From: Squalus acanthias
Taxonomy: Eukaryota
Assembly (NCBI GenBank): GCA_030390025.1
Contig: CM059432.1
Location: 106,518,001 to 106,582,000 of the forward strand
Length of the DNA stretch: 64,000 nt
Reading direction: 5' to 3'
The notes under the pieces are model-generated. The model had not been told where the DNA came from. It was given only the letters and a program-made list of their open reading frames with translations, and ran no database searches. Positions 12,869 to 26,124 of this stretch are shown here, piece after piece. Position 1 is the stretch's first letter. Every line of letters begins with the position of its first letter. The translations under genes and the position numbers were made by a program.

Positions 12869-13913
12869 ATGCAAATATGTATTCCTTGTCTAACACAAAC
12901 TTCTAAATATTCAATGTTTTTGGTTCCTGTATATTACACCATCCATTAAGGAACTCCTCTGATGCAGTCAGAGTAGGGAGGGAGCTTCTAAATTTGAGAA
13001 TTTGATCTTAAAAAACAAACATCTATTAAAGAGGGGACACTCTTTTATATTGCTTCATCGTGAATGTAGCAAGGCCCTTTAAGACAAACAAGAACTGACC
13101 ATTATAAGATAACCTATTCCTGTATACACATATATACGTAGTATTAGGATTTGGTTTAATCTCATATGATTAAGGTTTTCGCTTTCTTTTCACTTATAAC
13201 TAGCTTGAGAATTTTTACGGTAGCTAGATATAATGAAATGGTTAAAGTTATTCATTCCCAGGATTCATTAGGGTTTAATGATTTAGTTGACGGCGCGGTT
13301 TAGCTTCTGCTGAAAGTGCAGAATGTGTGATTCATGCCTGTTAACTTATTTTTGTCGCCACATTGGAAAACAAGATAGCCAAGACAGTCTTGAGATAGGA
13401 AGTGGGATAATTGGACAGGATGGTAAACTAGTTGGCATCTGGTGTTTTGAAGGAACTATCTAATTTCTGGGGGTCTTGTTCACAATAACACTTGTCATGC
13501 CATAATGAATCAGCAAGGACAGTATGCGTGATGAGGGGTCTATAAAGATCTTGAGCTTACCTTAACAATTTGTACAGTCAGATCGAAAGGATCGATGAAG
13601 ATTATTTCTCTACCCAGGGAAAAACAGGATAATTGCATTAGTTCTGTATGTCTACTGCTTAAAGACATTGGCCGCGATTTTATCATTGGTGGTGGGTTCT
13701 GGTCCCACCGCCGCTATCAGCTGGTCAGAAATTGCAATTTTACCTTAATTGCCTCATTGGATCCCTGCGTGCGCGCTACCTGGCCCAATTAGTGGTTTCG
13801 GGTCTGCTGCTCGCCTCTGCTGACATCTGTCAGCCAGCTGCATTTAAGGGGCCCATGCAGCCTTGTTTCATTCTTATCCTTTTATGTTGGTTTTCGTGCT
13901 GGCAACTGCTCCC

Positions 13914-15772
13914 ATGGCTGCTTCAAGAGCCAAGGCCGCTCCCGGCTTTGATGATGACTCCCTCCATGCTCTTGTGGATGGAGTGAGAGGGCACAAGGAG
14001 GTACTATTCCCATCCTCTGGACGCAGGAAGCCTCCTCAGCAAAGCAAAGCAGTCTGGCTGCAAATTGCTGAGGTGGTCAGCTCCAGATCGTTGTGTCCTC
14101 GATCCTGGGTCCAGTGCAGGAAAAGGTTTAATGACCTGGTACGCTCAGGAAAAGTGAGTATAACATCACACTTACCCTCAATCTGCTCCCCATCTCCTCT
14201 CATCACCAGCACTCTGCATTTCTGTTATGCAATGCCAACAACTAACAACACACAGGGAGGGCCCTTGGTATTGGGACCTCACTCCATCTTTGTCTCCTTC
14301 TAAGCATCTATGCTATGGCTTCTCTACACTCACTCCATCATTCTCACTCAAACTCCACTTGTGTCCCTCATTGCAGGAAAAGAGAGCCCACAATAAGAGG
14401 GAGAGGGCTAGGATAGGAGGAGGGCCACCTTCCATTGCCCATTTGACCAACGCTGAGGAAGCTGCACTCGAAATAATCGGAGGTGATGAGGATCTGGAAG
14501 TGGGGGACGGTCAGACGGGCGCAGCAGAGCAAGCTGGTGACAGAATAGATTTGCATCGCTCTCATTTACATTGCATAAGTGACTGATTTGGCATCTGATG
14601 CTCATACAGATTGACTTATGATCATCTGCACAATTCGATGTGCATGCTACGTTAATATCACATGTCTAACTCATGCCTTTACTCCCCCACAGGACCATCG
14701 CGAGCCCCCGACCCCACTGTCCAGGACGAAGAGCCTGAAGACTCCTCAGAGGAAGCTGCAATCTCTGATGGCACAGCGTCAGCAGAATTAAGTGCACCCA
14801 GCACCAGCACAGATATGCACACCTCGGTGGGACCTTCGCGAGATAAGAGTAGTGTTGTCACCTGGTGTATCACAGCTCACAAGTGAGCATCAGCAGATGG
14901 TGCAGACAGGGACAGCAGTGAAGAGTCCTCGTCGGAGGCCGCAGGGCGCTCCTAGCTCTGCTCAGCTGCATGTGGACCCTGTGCCTCTGGGGCCATCCAG
15001 AAAGAGAGCAGCGCTGGAACTCCAGGAACAGGTGCAGGAGTCTCTGACAGGGCTTGCATTCAGAGTTACTGCGAGTGTGAAGATGATGGAGAAGTCCATG
15101 TCTAACATGAGCAGTGCCTTTGTGGAGGCAATGGCGCATGAACGCACCACCATGGAAAGGATGGCAACCTCCGTGGAAAGGATGGTTACGGTAGAGGAAA
15201 GGATGGCTACAGTCATGGAGGAAATAAGTCGCCAGAGTCAGGAAAACATGGTGAATGTTCAGAATAGACTGACATCTCTGGAGGAGCGATGGGCAACTAT
15301 TGAGCAGAGAAACCAGAGCTTCATGGAAGTCCTTTTGAGGAGGACTGCCAGTGCAGATATGGGTTCTCAAGGCCCCCCTGATGTGCAGCAAGGTGCTGTC
15401 TAGCCACTTGCTGGCACTGAAGTGGGGCTGACCCATGAGAGGAATATTAGTGGCAGGCAACAAGGAAGTGTGGGCTCCTCTCCAAGCGCTCACACTCCCA
15501 TGCCACTGCTTAGCCCTCGGTCAGAGCCCCACCAGAGTCCTCACCCAACTGAGATGGGTGTCTCAGCCCCTGCACAGCCGCAGGAGGAGCAGACTGTTGC
15601 CGAGCCCTCACAGGCTTGCAAACCCAGAGGACGCCAGGGTCTCTAGAATCATCGTGGTCTGCTGTCCACTGCGCATGAAAATGAAAATGAACAAGGTGTC
15701 TCCACATCTGCTGAAGCCACAGGGGAAGCACCACGTAGAAGCACGCATAAGAGGCAGATAAAGCACAATTAG
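13914..15772 (+). pseudogene. Harbinger Myb/SANT-like DNA-binding protein with C-terminal coiled coil, 3 exons
   Basis: Exon 1 13914-14153 (WLQIAEVVSS...RSWVQCRKRFNDL); GT-AG intron; exon 2 14377-14536 (IGGGPP); GT-AG intron; exon 3 from 14693 with a frameshift near 14840 and stops at 15401-15403 and 15644-15646. Confidence 0.85.
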
Positions 15773-16009
15773 TCACTTGGGTGTTCTGTTTTGTTGTGTT
15801 TAATATTGTCATCCTTTTGTGCATGTATAAAACAAAAGTGATGGCAAACAGTTGAAGTCCTGGCCTATGTTTTCTGGGAAATGGAAGTTGCACATTGAGG
15901 GCTCAGGGCGACTTGCATTTGTAATGATGGTGGTGAGAGTGATAGGAACCCACAGGTTCTTGTACATTGTGTATGGTGTGATAAGAAGGTGCCAGCCACA
16001 TGTGTTTGG

Positions 16010-17224
16010 TTCATCTACCGAAGCGAATCTGGCAAAGATTAGTGCATCCCTTGCATCACGGGCAGCAATGTGCTCGCGTGCTGCTGGAGCTGGCTCATCC
16101 GCCTCCGCAAGGTCGTCTTCCTCCTCCTCCTCATCTGAGGAGGCTATGCGCTGAGCCACTTGTTCCTCAGGCAGCTGCAAGCCACGATGCTGTGCGAAGT
16201 TGCGCAGTGGACAGCAGACCACGATGATTCTAGAGACCCTGGCTGCTGAATACTGTAGGGCTCCACCTGATCTGTCAAGGCATCTGAATCACATTTTGAG
16301 CAAGCTGATGGTTTGCTCGATGATGGCCCTGGTGGAAATGTGGCTGGCATTGTAGCGCTCCTCTGCTTTGTTTGATGGCCTCCTCAACAGCGTCATTAGC
16401 CATGTCTTCAGGGGATAGCGCTTGTCGCCAAGTAGCCATCCGGAAAGTTGAGTTGGCGGATTGAAGAGCGGAGGCACACTAGACTGCCGCAGGATGAACG
16501 AGTCATGGCAACTGCCAGGATACTTTGCGCAAACATGCATAATGTTCTTCCTGTGGTTACACACCAGCTGGACGTTAAGGGAGTGGAAGCCCTTGTGGTT
16601 GACAAATACAGCTGGGTTGTGATGGGGTGCCCTAATGGCCACATGTGTGCAGTCTATGACACCCTGCACCCTTGGCAAGCCTGCCATATTTGCAAAGCCA
16701 ACCACACACGCGGTTACACTTGCTTCATCTGTGGAGAAGTGGATGTAATTGTGCGCCTTTGCAAAGAGGGCATCAGTAACCTGCGTGATGCAAGTGTGTG
16801 CGGCCGACTGGGAGATGCCGCTGATGTCTGCTGATGAGCCCTGGAAGGACCCTGAAGCAAAAAAATTGAGGGCGGTGGTGACTTTGACAGCCACTGGTAA
16901 GGGATGTCCACCCGCTCCTCTGGGCTCCAGGTGTTGGTGCAGCATTGCGCAGATGTCAGCAACTACCTTTCGCGAAAGTCTCAGCCTCCTTTGGCACTGC
17001 TGCTCAGTCATGTTGAGGAAGCTCATCCTCTGCCTGTAAACCCTGTGTTGGGGGTATCTCCTGCGGCGATGTGCAGGCCTGGGCTGATGCCCTCTGCCCT
17101 GTGCAGCATCAGGTGGGTGAGAAGGAGGTCGGCGCTCATGTTGTTGTGCCTGGTTCTGCTGCTGCCGCGGCTGCTCTTCCTCCGAATCTGAGGATCAGGA
17201 TGACAGGGTATAAATGGTTCCCAT
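16010..17224 (-). pseudogene. Harbinger DDE transposase (HARBI1-family)
   Basis: Motifs [46 protein letters not shown]; premature TGA near the N-terminus and at 16289; acidic C-terminal tail. Confidence 0.95.
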
Positions 17225-18504
17225 GCTGCTGAGGAAGCGCTCAGTCAATGTGGGGAGAGGGTTTTCCCAGGAGGTCACAGTGGAGATGGATCTCAGCTTC
17301 ACCACTTACAAGCTCAGTAGACCTGCAAAAAGTTTTCCAAGACCTGAAAAAACAAAGTTCTGTCATCTGTAAGTCAGCCATGTTCGAGCTCCGTTTTTAT
17401 GCTCGAGCTGCAGCTGTCAAGAAGTCAGGCACTTGCTGAACCCGACACAATCAGCTGGCGTGGTTTGCGAACGGCGTGGAACACGCAGAAAATGTTATAA
17501 GATCGAAAAACCGCTGTTAAAATAGGCTTATCCAGGCAGTTAACAAGCTGTTAACTGCCTTAACGGCCTCTCCCGCTGCTTGGTGACGAGACCGATCGGG
17601 ACTCCCAGAGTCAGCATTTGGCAAAGGGGCGTGGAGGCGGGATCGCAACCCGCCGTCAATCAAAACTAATTTAACCCTTGACCCGCCTCCAAACCCGGCC
17701 TCTCAGTGCCGATAAAATCGAGGCCATTGTGTGTGTGTCAAAGACTTTGGTCAAACACAATTAACATATTATGTTGCAACCATATTTGGTTTGTCAGATT
17801 CAAATTTTCTTGCACCATTTTACTTAATAAATAGTATGAAGTAATAGGCATTCCTTTTGTGTATGATTGTGATCACACAGACACAATCCCTCCCCTAATT
17901 GTGATTTTCATCAGATGAGAGGATTCAAGTAATCTGAATTTAGAATACAATTTCACACATGGCAACCGATGGCTTATTATGGAAATAATGAGAATTTTTG
18001 CAGTGTTATCTGCACGTTAGTATCTGTGGATGAAAATCCATGTTTATATTACCTGCAGAACCCTGGGCTAAGACTTGCTCCAGAATGCCACAAGAGTTGT
18101 TTGTGTGCATATGCAGACTTTTGAGCACTGGATGCTGCAATAATATGGAACAGAAATCAAATGCAGCTTCATATCTGCCAACATCAATGTATTCTTTGCT
18201 GATGGTCAGTGTTTTAGTCAGGTGTGCTGACAAAATCGAGTGCAGACAGGCTCCCCTCTCCTTCAGTCCCAAATCCAACCACTAATGCACCTGAACAGGT
18301 CCCATTCTTCTGTCAATGCTGCTCCCGGCACTATAGCTGGGGTTGCAGTCTCTGTTTACTGTAGGCAGGAAGATTTGAAAGTGCTGACTAGAACTGAGGT
18401 ACAGTTCCATGGGGAATAATTCATCCAAATGGCCAGTCTACTTGTGTGTGCCTAGATGGTGATAGTGTTGGTAGACTATTCAAACGGGGGGCATCAGAAC
18501 TGAG

Positions 18505-19938
18505 CAGCTATTCAACCATGACAGCCATATCACCCAAACATATTGCAGGACACTCACTGACACACTTCCCTCTTTCTTGCAGGAGAAAGTGGTCCATAAC
18601 AGGAGGCAGCAGGAAAGAATTGGTGGAGGACAAGTTTGCCTGCATGTTTTAACCCCCATGGAGGAGACAGTGCTGGCCATCATGGGAAGTGGGAATCACT
18701 GAGGTCATGGCCACTGGTGGGCTGGAGGGATCGATGATGAGGATATTAGCATACTTAATCCTCCTTCTCTCATCTCACTTCTCCCTCAACACGCAATCCC
18801 TTCTGACTCACAAGTGGCAGATGGTGTAAGCGCGCACTTCTTACTTTCTCCTCTCCACTTACCAGAACCCAACCCTTGTCCCTGTTTCATTTCAGATAGC
18901 CAACAACTGGAACCTTCCTCATCAGAAGAGGAAGAAGACAGCTCAGACACTGACACTGCACGTATTTTAGATGCTAGGATAGAGGAGGGATCTGCACATG
19001 GTAAGACACCGGGCACAAGTGCGCAAGAGCCAGGATGGGGGTTAAGGCTAGCACAGGTGTCAGCTCGCTGGATGGTGAGATGTTGCTTATATCACCAACA
19101 GCAGCCTGGAAGGAGCCAGACGCATAGAAGTTAAGAGCCACAGTCACTTTGATAACCACAGGCAATGCTGTCCTTGCCCTGCTTTGAGGTTGCAGTTGCA
19201 GCTTCAGCAATGGCAGATTTCAGTCACAACCTCTTTTGTGAAGCAAAGACGTCTCAAGCGTTGGTCGCCGCTGAAGTTGAGGTAAGACAATTGTTCCCTA
19301 AAGACCCTCTGCGGATATGGCCTTCTGCTGAGAGCCCTTCTTCCCCCTCCTCCTTCCTGCTCTAGCAGCTTGTCTTGTTCTGTGCGGCCTCTCTTTTATT
19401 CTCCCAGTCATGCTCAATTCCCAGAAGCCCTACCAGCTCACCTATGTCTGAAAACAAATTGTTCCAGCACAAGTTTTTAAATCAACAAAATAATACTTCA
19501 GCACCTGCCAGCCACTCCCTGTAGACTATTCAAACTTTAGGCAACTATAGGAAAGCTCCAAAAATGCGTACAATTGCACCAGCAGCCAGAAGAAATAAAC
19601 CAGCAAATAACCTGCAAGTAGTCATGATCCCTTTAAATGGTACTGGTGGGGGTCCTTCATGCCGTTTAACGTTGTGTTCAGCAATGTGAGGTTAAGACAG
19701 GGCGTAGGCTGGAGCATGGCATTCGAAAATGACAGTGCTGGCTTCAAATCAGCATTGTACACTGATTGACGTCATAATCTGCCTGCTCTGCATGCTGCTG
19801 GCGGTGGTTAGGTGTGCGCGCGCAAACCCTTTACCAAATCTGTCGGAAGTGTGCGCATATATCTCGAACCCCGTTTTCAAGCGTTAGGAGGCCACGCGGT
19901 GTCTAAAAAATGGACACAACAGAGCCCAATTTCTCCCC
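18505..19938. mobile_element. Internally deleted Harbinger
   Basis: Myb exon 2/3 remnants on + joined at ~19070 to the transposase N-terminus on - (IKVTVALNFYASGSFQ); right TIR-like end cccaatttctcccc; similar to the copy at 54872-58526. Confidence 0.85.
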
Positions 19939-20059
19939 CACGTATCTGAAGAAGACAGTAACTACATATATTACTGAACTTATTAACTTTGAAAGCTGCC
20001 AAGTGAGATATAGGTAGAGAGGCAAGGTAAAAGTGCATCTGTCATTTAAAAAATAAAAA

Positions 20060-21870
20060 TTGTTTATGGGATCTGGGTGTCGCTGGCAAGGCCAGCATTT
20101 ATTGCCCATCCCTAATTGCCCTTGAGAAGGTGGGGGTGAGCTGCCTTCTTGAACCACTGCAGTCCGTGTGGTGAATGTACTCCCACAGTGCTGTTAGGTA
20201 GGGAGTTCCAGGATTGTGACCCAGCGACGATGAAGGATCGGCGATATACTTCCAAGTCAGGATGGTGTGTGACTTGGAGGTGGTGGTGTTCTCATGCGCC
20301 TGCTGCCCTTGTCCTTCTAGGTGGAAGAGGTCGCGGATTTGGGAGGTGCTGCCGAAGAAGTCTTGGCGAGTTGCTGCAGTGCATCTTGTAGATGGTACAC
20401 ACTGCAACCACGGTACGCTGGTGGTGGAGGGAGTGAATGTTTAAGGTGGTGGATGGGGTGCCAATCAAGCGGGCTGCTTTGTCCTGGATGGTGTCGAGCT
20501 TCTTGAATGTTGTTGGAGCTGCACTCATCCAGGCAAGTGGAGAGTATTCCATCACACTCCTTACTTGTGCCTTGTAGATGGTGAAAAGGGTTTGGGGAGT
20601 CAGGAGGTCAGACACTCGCCGCAGAATACCTAGCCTCTGACCTGCTCTCGTTGCCACAGTATTTATGTGGCTGGTCCAGTTAAGTTTCTGGTCAATGGTG
20701 ACCCCCAGGATGTTGATGGTGGGGGATTCGGCGATGGTAATGCCGTTGAATGTAAAGGGGAGGTGGTTAGACTCTTGCTTGTTGGAGATGGTCATTGCCT
20801 GGCACTTCTGCCTTGATGAAGGGACCGAGTGTAATGTATCCAAGTTTGCTGATGTTACAAAGCTAGGTGGGATAGTAAGCTGTGAGGAGAACACAGAGTC
20901 TGCAAAGGGATATAGATAGACTAAGTGAGTGGGCAGTAAGGTGGCAGATGGAGTATAATGTAGGGAAATGTGAGGTTATTCACTTTATTAGGAGGAATAG
21001 AAAAACAGAATATTTTTTAAATGGTGAAAAACTTTCAAATGTTGGTGTTCAGAGAGATTTGGGTGTCCTTGTGCAAGAAACACAGAAAGCTCGCATACAG
21101 GTACAGCAAGCAATAAGGAAGGCAAATGGCATGTTGGCTATTATTGCAAGGGGGTTGGAGTATAAGAGTAAGGAAGTCTTGCTACAATTGTACAGGGCCT
21201 TGGTGAGACCACACCTGGAGTACTGTGCATAGTTTTGGTCTCCTTATCTAAGGAAGGATATACTTGCCTTGGAGGCGGTGCAACGAAGGTTCACTAGATT
21301 GATTCCTGGGATGAGAGGGCTGTCCTATGATGAGAGATTGTGTAGAATGGGCCTATACTCTCTGGAGTTTAGAAGAATGAGAGGTGATCTCATTGAAACA
21401 TACAAGATTCTGAAGGGGATTGACAGGGTAGATGCTGAGAGGTTGTTTCCACTTGCTGGAGTGTCTAGTACTAGGGGGCATAGTCTCAGGATAAGGGGTA
21501 GGCCATTTAAGACTGAGATGAGGAGGAATTTCTTCACTCAGACGGTTGTGAATCTTTGGAATTCTCTGCCCCAGAGGGCTGTGAATGCTGAGTCTTTGAG
21601 TATATTTAAAGCTGAGATAGATAGATTTTTGGACTCAAGTGGAATCAAGGGATATGGAGATTGGGCGGAAAAGTGGAGTTGAGGTCGATGATCAGCCATG
21701 ATCTTATTGAATGGCGGAGCAGGCTTGAGGGGCCGTATTGCCTACTCCTGCTCTTATTTCTTATGTTCTTATGAATGTTACCTGCCACTTATCAGCCCAA
21801 GCATGAACGTCGTCCAGGTCTTGTTGCATGCGGGTATGGACTGCTTCATTATCTGAGGCGTTGTGAATTT
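20060..21870 (-). mobile_element. HER-like LINE 3' fragment, interrupted by CR1
   Basis: ORF 20292 onward (ILGVTIDQKLNWTSHI, YKAQVRSVMEYSPLAW); sequence resumes at ~21773; 3' end is shared with the HE1-like SINEs in this window. Confidence 0.8.
20812..21772 (+). mobile_element. 5'-truncated CR1 LINE
   Basis: RT C-terminal ORFs 20882-21232 and 21269-21682; ttcttatg repeat tail. Confidence 0.95.
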
Positions 21871-23948
21871 GAGCTTAATGTATCCTGAGAGTGCTGAGAT
21901 AAAGCCATAGATTTGGCAGTCTAAACTTAATGTAAATCTAAGGTATTGTACCAAGTTCTGAGTTGCATACATTCATTAATGAATGACTGCACATCCTACT
22001 GTGCATCCTACTGCATAATTCCAAAAAACAGGCCAAATGTATAAAGTTTGGATCGTGCAACTCGAGCCAAGTTCTAGAGTGACACTCAGTTCAAAGTATA
22101 CTAAACAAGGCACTAAAGGGAGCACCAATAAACACAAGAAAACATAGAATAAGAGAGATCTTTTGGGCCAACAAGTCTCCTCATTTCACAAGCCGTGTGT
22201 AATCTACCCTATCATGGATGGCGTGAATACTTACTCATCCCTAATCATAATCTAGCATAACTCTCGAATATTTATTCACCTGCTATTCACCTTGACCTGC
22301 TATCCTTCAGACACTGTCCCTCCCTAGCCTCAGAAGCACAGGAATCATCATGCCCTCTGGAATAATTCATCATTGAGTTATTCTTTGTGCCATCATACAC
22401 ATTAACCATCAGCTTTTTAACCCATGTGTCATTTGTCAGCGTTTTACAAGAAAAATCATCTTTTTGCACTGGCATTGAGGTTGTCAGTATCAACCTGTCA
22501 TATCATTTGGAAGGTGAGACTATGGCCTGTCCGAATCAGACCGGTTGGAGGGTAGTACTGGAATCAATCAGTAATTACTTTCTCCCATTGTTTGTTGTAC
22601 ACAAACTTGAGGCAGAAAAATTTGAAATGTTGGTTTCTGAGAGTTCCAGTTATGGGTGTGTTTACTTAGTATTTGTCCCCAAAGAAGTTAAAAAGAAAGA
22701 CTTTCCCAAAGAAGATGCATATAAATCAAATAAGCTGCTAAAAGGCAGCTTCTAACAACCTTTTAATTTCTCAAAAGCAAGTTTCTGGGCCATGTCAAGC
22801 TGTTGTCTTATGTGAAGGTTTAGTTCCTTCAATACTTGCTCCAGCTGATTTATTTTTAGCTGAGGTGGATGTTCACTGGTGTGACTGTATTAACTGGCTT
22901 GATTTGACACTTCCTACCATTGTATTTTTGTAACTGCCAAGGGTTGAAAATAAAGTAGGGAGTGGGGTTGGGGTGATGACGCATTTTACTTTATTTAAAA
23001 AATGATGCTGAGCTCACACTCAGAATTACAATAGACTCCAAAATGTCAATAAATGCAACCAATCAGACATCAGAAATTAACATTTTTGGGTGGAGCTTCC
23101 CACAGAAAATAATTCTCATGCCTTCTGCACTCACATTGCTCTTCAGTAATTTCTAAATCACCACTGCTGCTAAATACACTTCTGCGTACTGCAATAAAAG
23201 CGATGGATTGTCGAGTAGAGCTGCAGCGGAGGTTATGGTAAACTTGTGTACTATTGCATTCTTAGTCTTCACTTGTCATAGGTCTATATTGAGCGGTCAG
23301 CTTTGGGGCTGTGTCAGCTATTTTAAAATTGGTGGTCAGATTTCGCTAGTTTTCTAGCTTGGCACGTACACCCTATAGCTTTCAGTTCTCGCAAATTTTC
23401 CTTGTCAGGTGACAATACAGCTGACAGATAGCACAGAGTTACTTAGATTTAAAAAAAATTCTCCTTCACTAAAGTACGAGATGGCTATCAACCGCCACCC
23501 CCCCCAACCCCCAACCAAAAAAAAAATTCTCAATAAACCTTGTTAAAACCTAAAGCCTATCCATGGCTGTTGACACTTCCTGTTTCTCATGCACAATATT
23601 TTCGCCAGCAGCAACGAACAATGCACCATCTCATCACCCGGTGACAAAACCCTTCTTAACATTTTGCACCAAGCTTTGATTTATGACTCCTCTGAGGACC
23701 ACATCATTCCCAGTGAAAGCTGCACTAATCTCTATTGCATCTTATTTGCAAGGTCTTATGTAAAGAACTCATGTTCCAATAAGTTAAATACTTAACAGGT
23801 TCCTATATCAAAATGACCATTGGGGAAAATCTAGATTCTCCAGTACAATGCATCAAATATTCACAATTGACCAAATGCAGTAGTGTAGAATTTGATTAAC
23901 TCATCATCACTTGATGGAGTATGCTGATCATGACCGTATCGATCACAT

Positions 23949-26124
23949 AGAATCATAGAAGATAGGAGCAGGAGTAGGCCATTCGGCCCCTCTAGCCTGC
24001 TCCACCATTCAATGCGATCCTGGCTGATCATCCAAATTCAGTACCCTGTCCCTGCTTTCTCCCCATATCCCTTGATCCCTTTAGCCTTAAGAAATATATC
24101 CAACTCCTTCTTGAATATATTTAATGAATTGGCCTCTACTGCCTTCTGTGGCAGAGAATTCCATAGGTTCACCACTCTCTGGGTGAAGAAATTCCTCCTC
24201 ATTTCTGTCCTAAATGGCTTACCCCTTATCCTTAGACTGTGACCCCTGGTTCTGGACTCCCCGACCATCGGGAACATCCTTTCTGCATCTAGTTTGTCCT
24301 GTCCTGTCAGAATTTTATAAGTTTCAATGAGATCCCCTCTCATTCTTCTAAACTCCAGCGAGTATAAGCCCAATCGACCCAATCTCTCTTCATACGTCAT
24401 TCCTGCCATCCCAGGTATCAGCCTTGTGAATCTTCGCTGCACTCCTTCCATGGCAAGAACATCCTTCCTCAGATAAGGCGACCAAAACTGCACACAGTAC
24501 TCAAGCTGTGGTCTCACCAAGGCCCTGTACAACTGCAGCAATACATCCTTGTTCCTGTACTCAAACCCTCTCGCTATGAAGGCCAACATACCATTTGCCT
24601 TCTTAACCACCTGCTGCACCTGCATGCTTACCTTCAGCGACTGGTACACAAGGACACCCAGGTCTCGTTGCACTTCCCCTTCTCCCAATCTATTGCCATT
24701 CAGATAATAATCTGCCTTTCTTTTTTTGACACCAAAGTGGATAACCTCGCATTTATCCACGTTATATTGCATCTGCCACGCTTCTGCCCAATCACCCAAC
24801 CTGTCCAAATCATCCTGGAGTTTCTCAGCATCCTCCTCACAGCACACACGCCCACCCAGTTTTGTGTCGTCTGCAAACTTGGAGATATTACATCTAGTTC
24901 CCTTGTCTAGATCATTAATATATATTGTGAATAGCTGGGGTCCAAGGACCGATCCCTGCGGTACCCCACTAGTCACTGCCTGCCACTCGGAAAAAGACCC
25001 ATTTATTCCAACTCTTTGCTTTCTGTCTGCCAACCAGTTCTCTATCCAAGTCAATACCTTGCCCCCAATCCCATGTGCCTTAACTTTACACGCTAATCTC
25101 TTATGCGGGACCTTATCAAAAGCCTTTTGGAAGTCCAAATACACCACATCCACTGGTTCTCCCTTATCTATTTTACCAGTTACATCCTCAAAAAATTCCA
25201 GTAGATTAGTCAAGCATGATTTACCTTTTGTAAATCCATGTTGACTTTGTCCGATCCTGTCACTGTTTTTCAAGTGCTCAGCTATTACATCTTTTATAAT
25301 GGACTCTAGCATTTTCCCCACTACCGATGTCAGGCTTACCGGTCTGTAATTCCCCGTTTTCTCTCTACCACCCTTTTTGAATAGTGGGGTAACATTAGCT
25401 ACCCTCCAATCCATGGGTACAGTTCCAGATTCCATCGAATGTTGGAAGATGATCAGCAATGCATCTACTATTTCTAGGGCCACTTCCTTAAGTATCTTAG
25501 GATGTAGATTATCAGGCCCTGGGGATTTATCGGCCTTCAATCCCTTCAATTTCCCTAACACCATTTCCCTACAAATACTGATTTATTTCAGTTCCTCCCT
25601 TTCATCAGACCCTATGTTCCCCAACATCTCTGAGAGGTTATTTGTGTCCTCCTTTGTGAAGACAGAACCAAAATATGTATTTAATTGGTCTGACATTTCT
25701 TTGTTCCCCATTATAAGTTCTCCTGATTCTGACTGCAAGGGAGCTATGCTTGATTTCACTAATCTATTTCTCTTCACATATCTATAAAAGCTTTTACAGT
25801 CAGTTTTTATGTTCCCTGCAAGCTTACTCTCGTATTCTATTTTCCCCTTCTTAATTAATCCCTTTGTCCTCCTTTGTTGAATCTTAAACTGCTCCCAATC
25901 CTCAGGGCTACTGCTTTTTCCGGCCAATTTATATGTCCTCTCCTTGGATCTTATGCTATCCCTAATTTCCCTTGTTAGCCACGGTTGAGTCACCCTTTTT
26001 GTTTTATTCTTATGCCTAACTGGGATGAACAAATTCTGTAGTTCGTCCATGCGGTCTTTGAATGTTTGCCATTACCTATCCACCGTCAACCCTTTGAGTG
26101 ACATTCCCCAATCAATCCTACCCA
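23949..26124 (-). mobile_element. 5'-truncated young CR1 LINE
   Basis: Open RT ORF 24038-25564 plus one frameshift near 25580; candidate TSD atcacat at 23942-23948 and 26125-26131. Confidence 0.95.
24038..25564 (-). CDS. CR1 ORF2 reverse transcriptase portion (no endonuclease)
   Basis: YLDFQKAFDKV, GVPQGSVLGP and FADDTK motifs. Confidence 0.85.
   Translation of the reverse strand: MVLGKLKGLKADKSPGPDNLHPKILKEVALEIVDALLIIFQHSMESGTVPMDWRVANVTPLFKKGGREKTGNYRPVSLTSVVGKMLESIIKDVIAEHLKNSDRIGQSQHGFTKGKSCLTNLLEFFEDVTGKIDKGEPVDVVYLDFQKAFDKVPHKRLACKVKAHGIGGKVLTWIENWLADRKQRVGINGSFSEWQAVTSGVPQGSVLGPQLFTIYINDLDKGTRCNISKFADDTKLGGRVCCEEDAEKLQDDLDRLGDWAEAWQMQYNVDKCEVIHFGVKKRKADYYLNGNRLGEGEVQRDLGVLVYQSLKVSMQVQQVVKKANGMLAFIARGFEYRNKDVLLQLYRALVRPQLEYCVQFWSPYLRKDVLAMEGVQRRFTRLIPGMAGMTYEERLGRLGLYSLEFRRMRGDLIETYKILTGQDKLDAERMFPMVGESRTRGHSLRIRGKPFRTEMRRNFFTQRVVNLWNSLPQKAVEANSLNIFKKELDIFLKAKGIKGYGEKAGTGY

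Larger units (their letters stand above)
13670..17725. mobile_element. Full-length PIF/Harbinger DNA transposon (inactivated)
   Basis: TIR GGCCGCGATTTTATC / GGCCTCGATTTTATC (14/15); 3-bp TSD ATT at 13667-13669 and 17726-17728; convergent Myb and transposase genes. Confidence 0.95.

Noticed and set aside
16289..17026. Host HARBI1 gene
   Set aside because: Lies between TIRs with a TSD, is paired with a Myb gene and contains premature stops; it is a transposon copy.
18006..18285. Overlapping ORFs as a host exon
   Set aside because: Protein-like on both strands but not recognisable; in-frame upstream stop on minus; cannot be supported.
20292..20894. Single 200-aa gene
   Set aside because: Chance fusion: the N-terminus is antisense CR1 and the rest is a HER-like LINE RT C-terminus.
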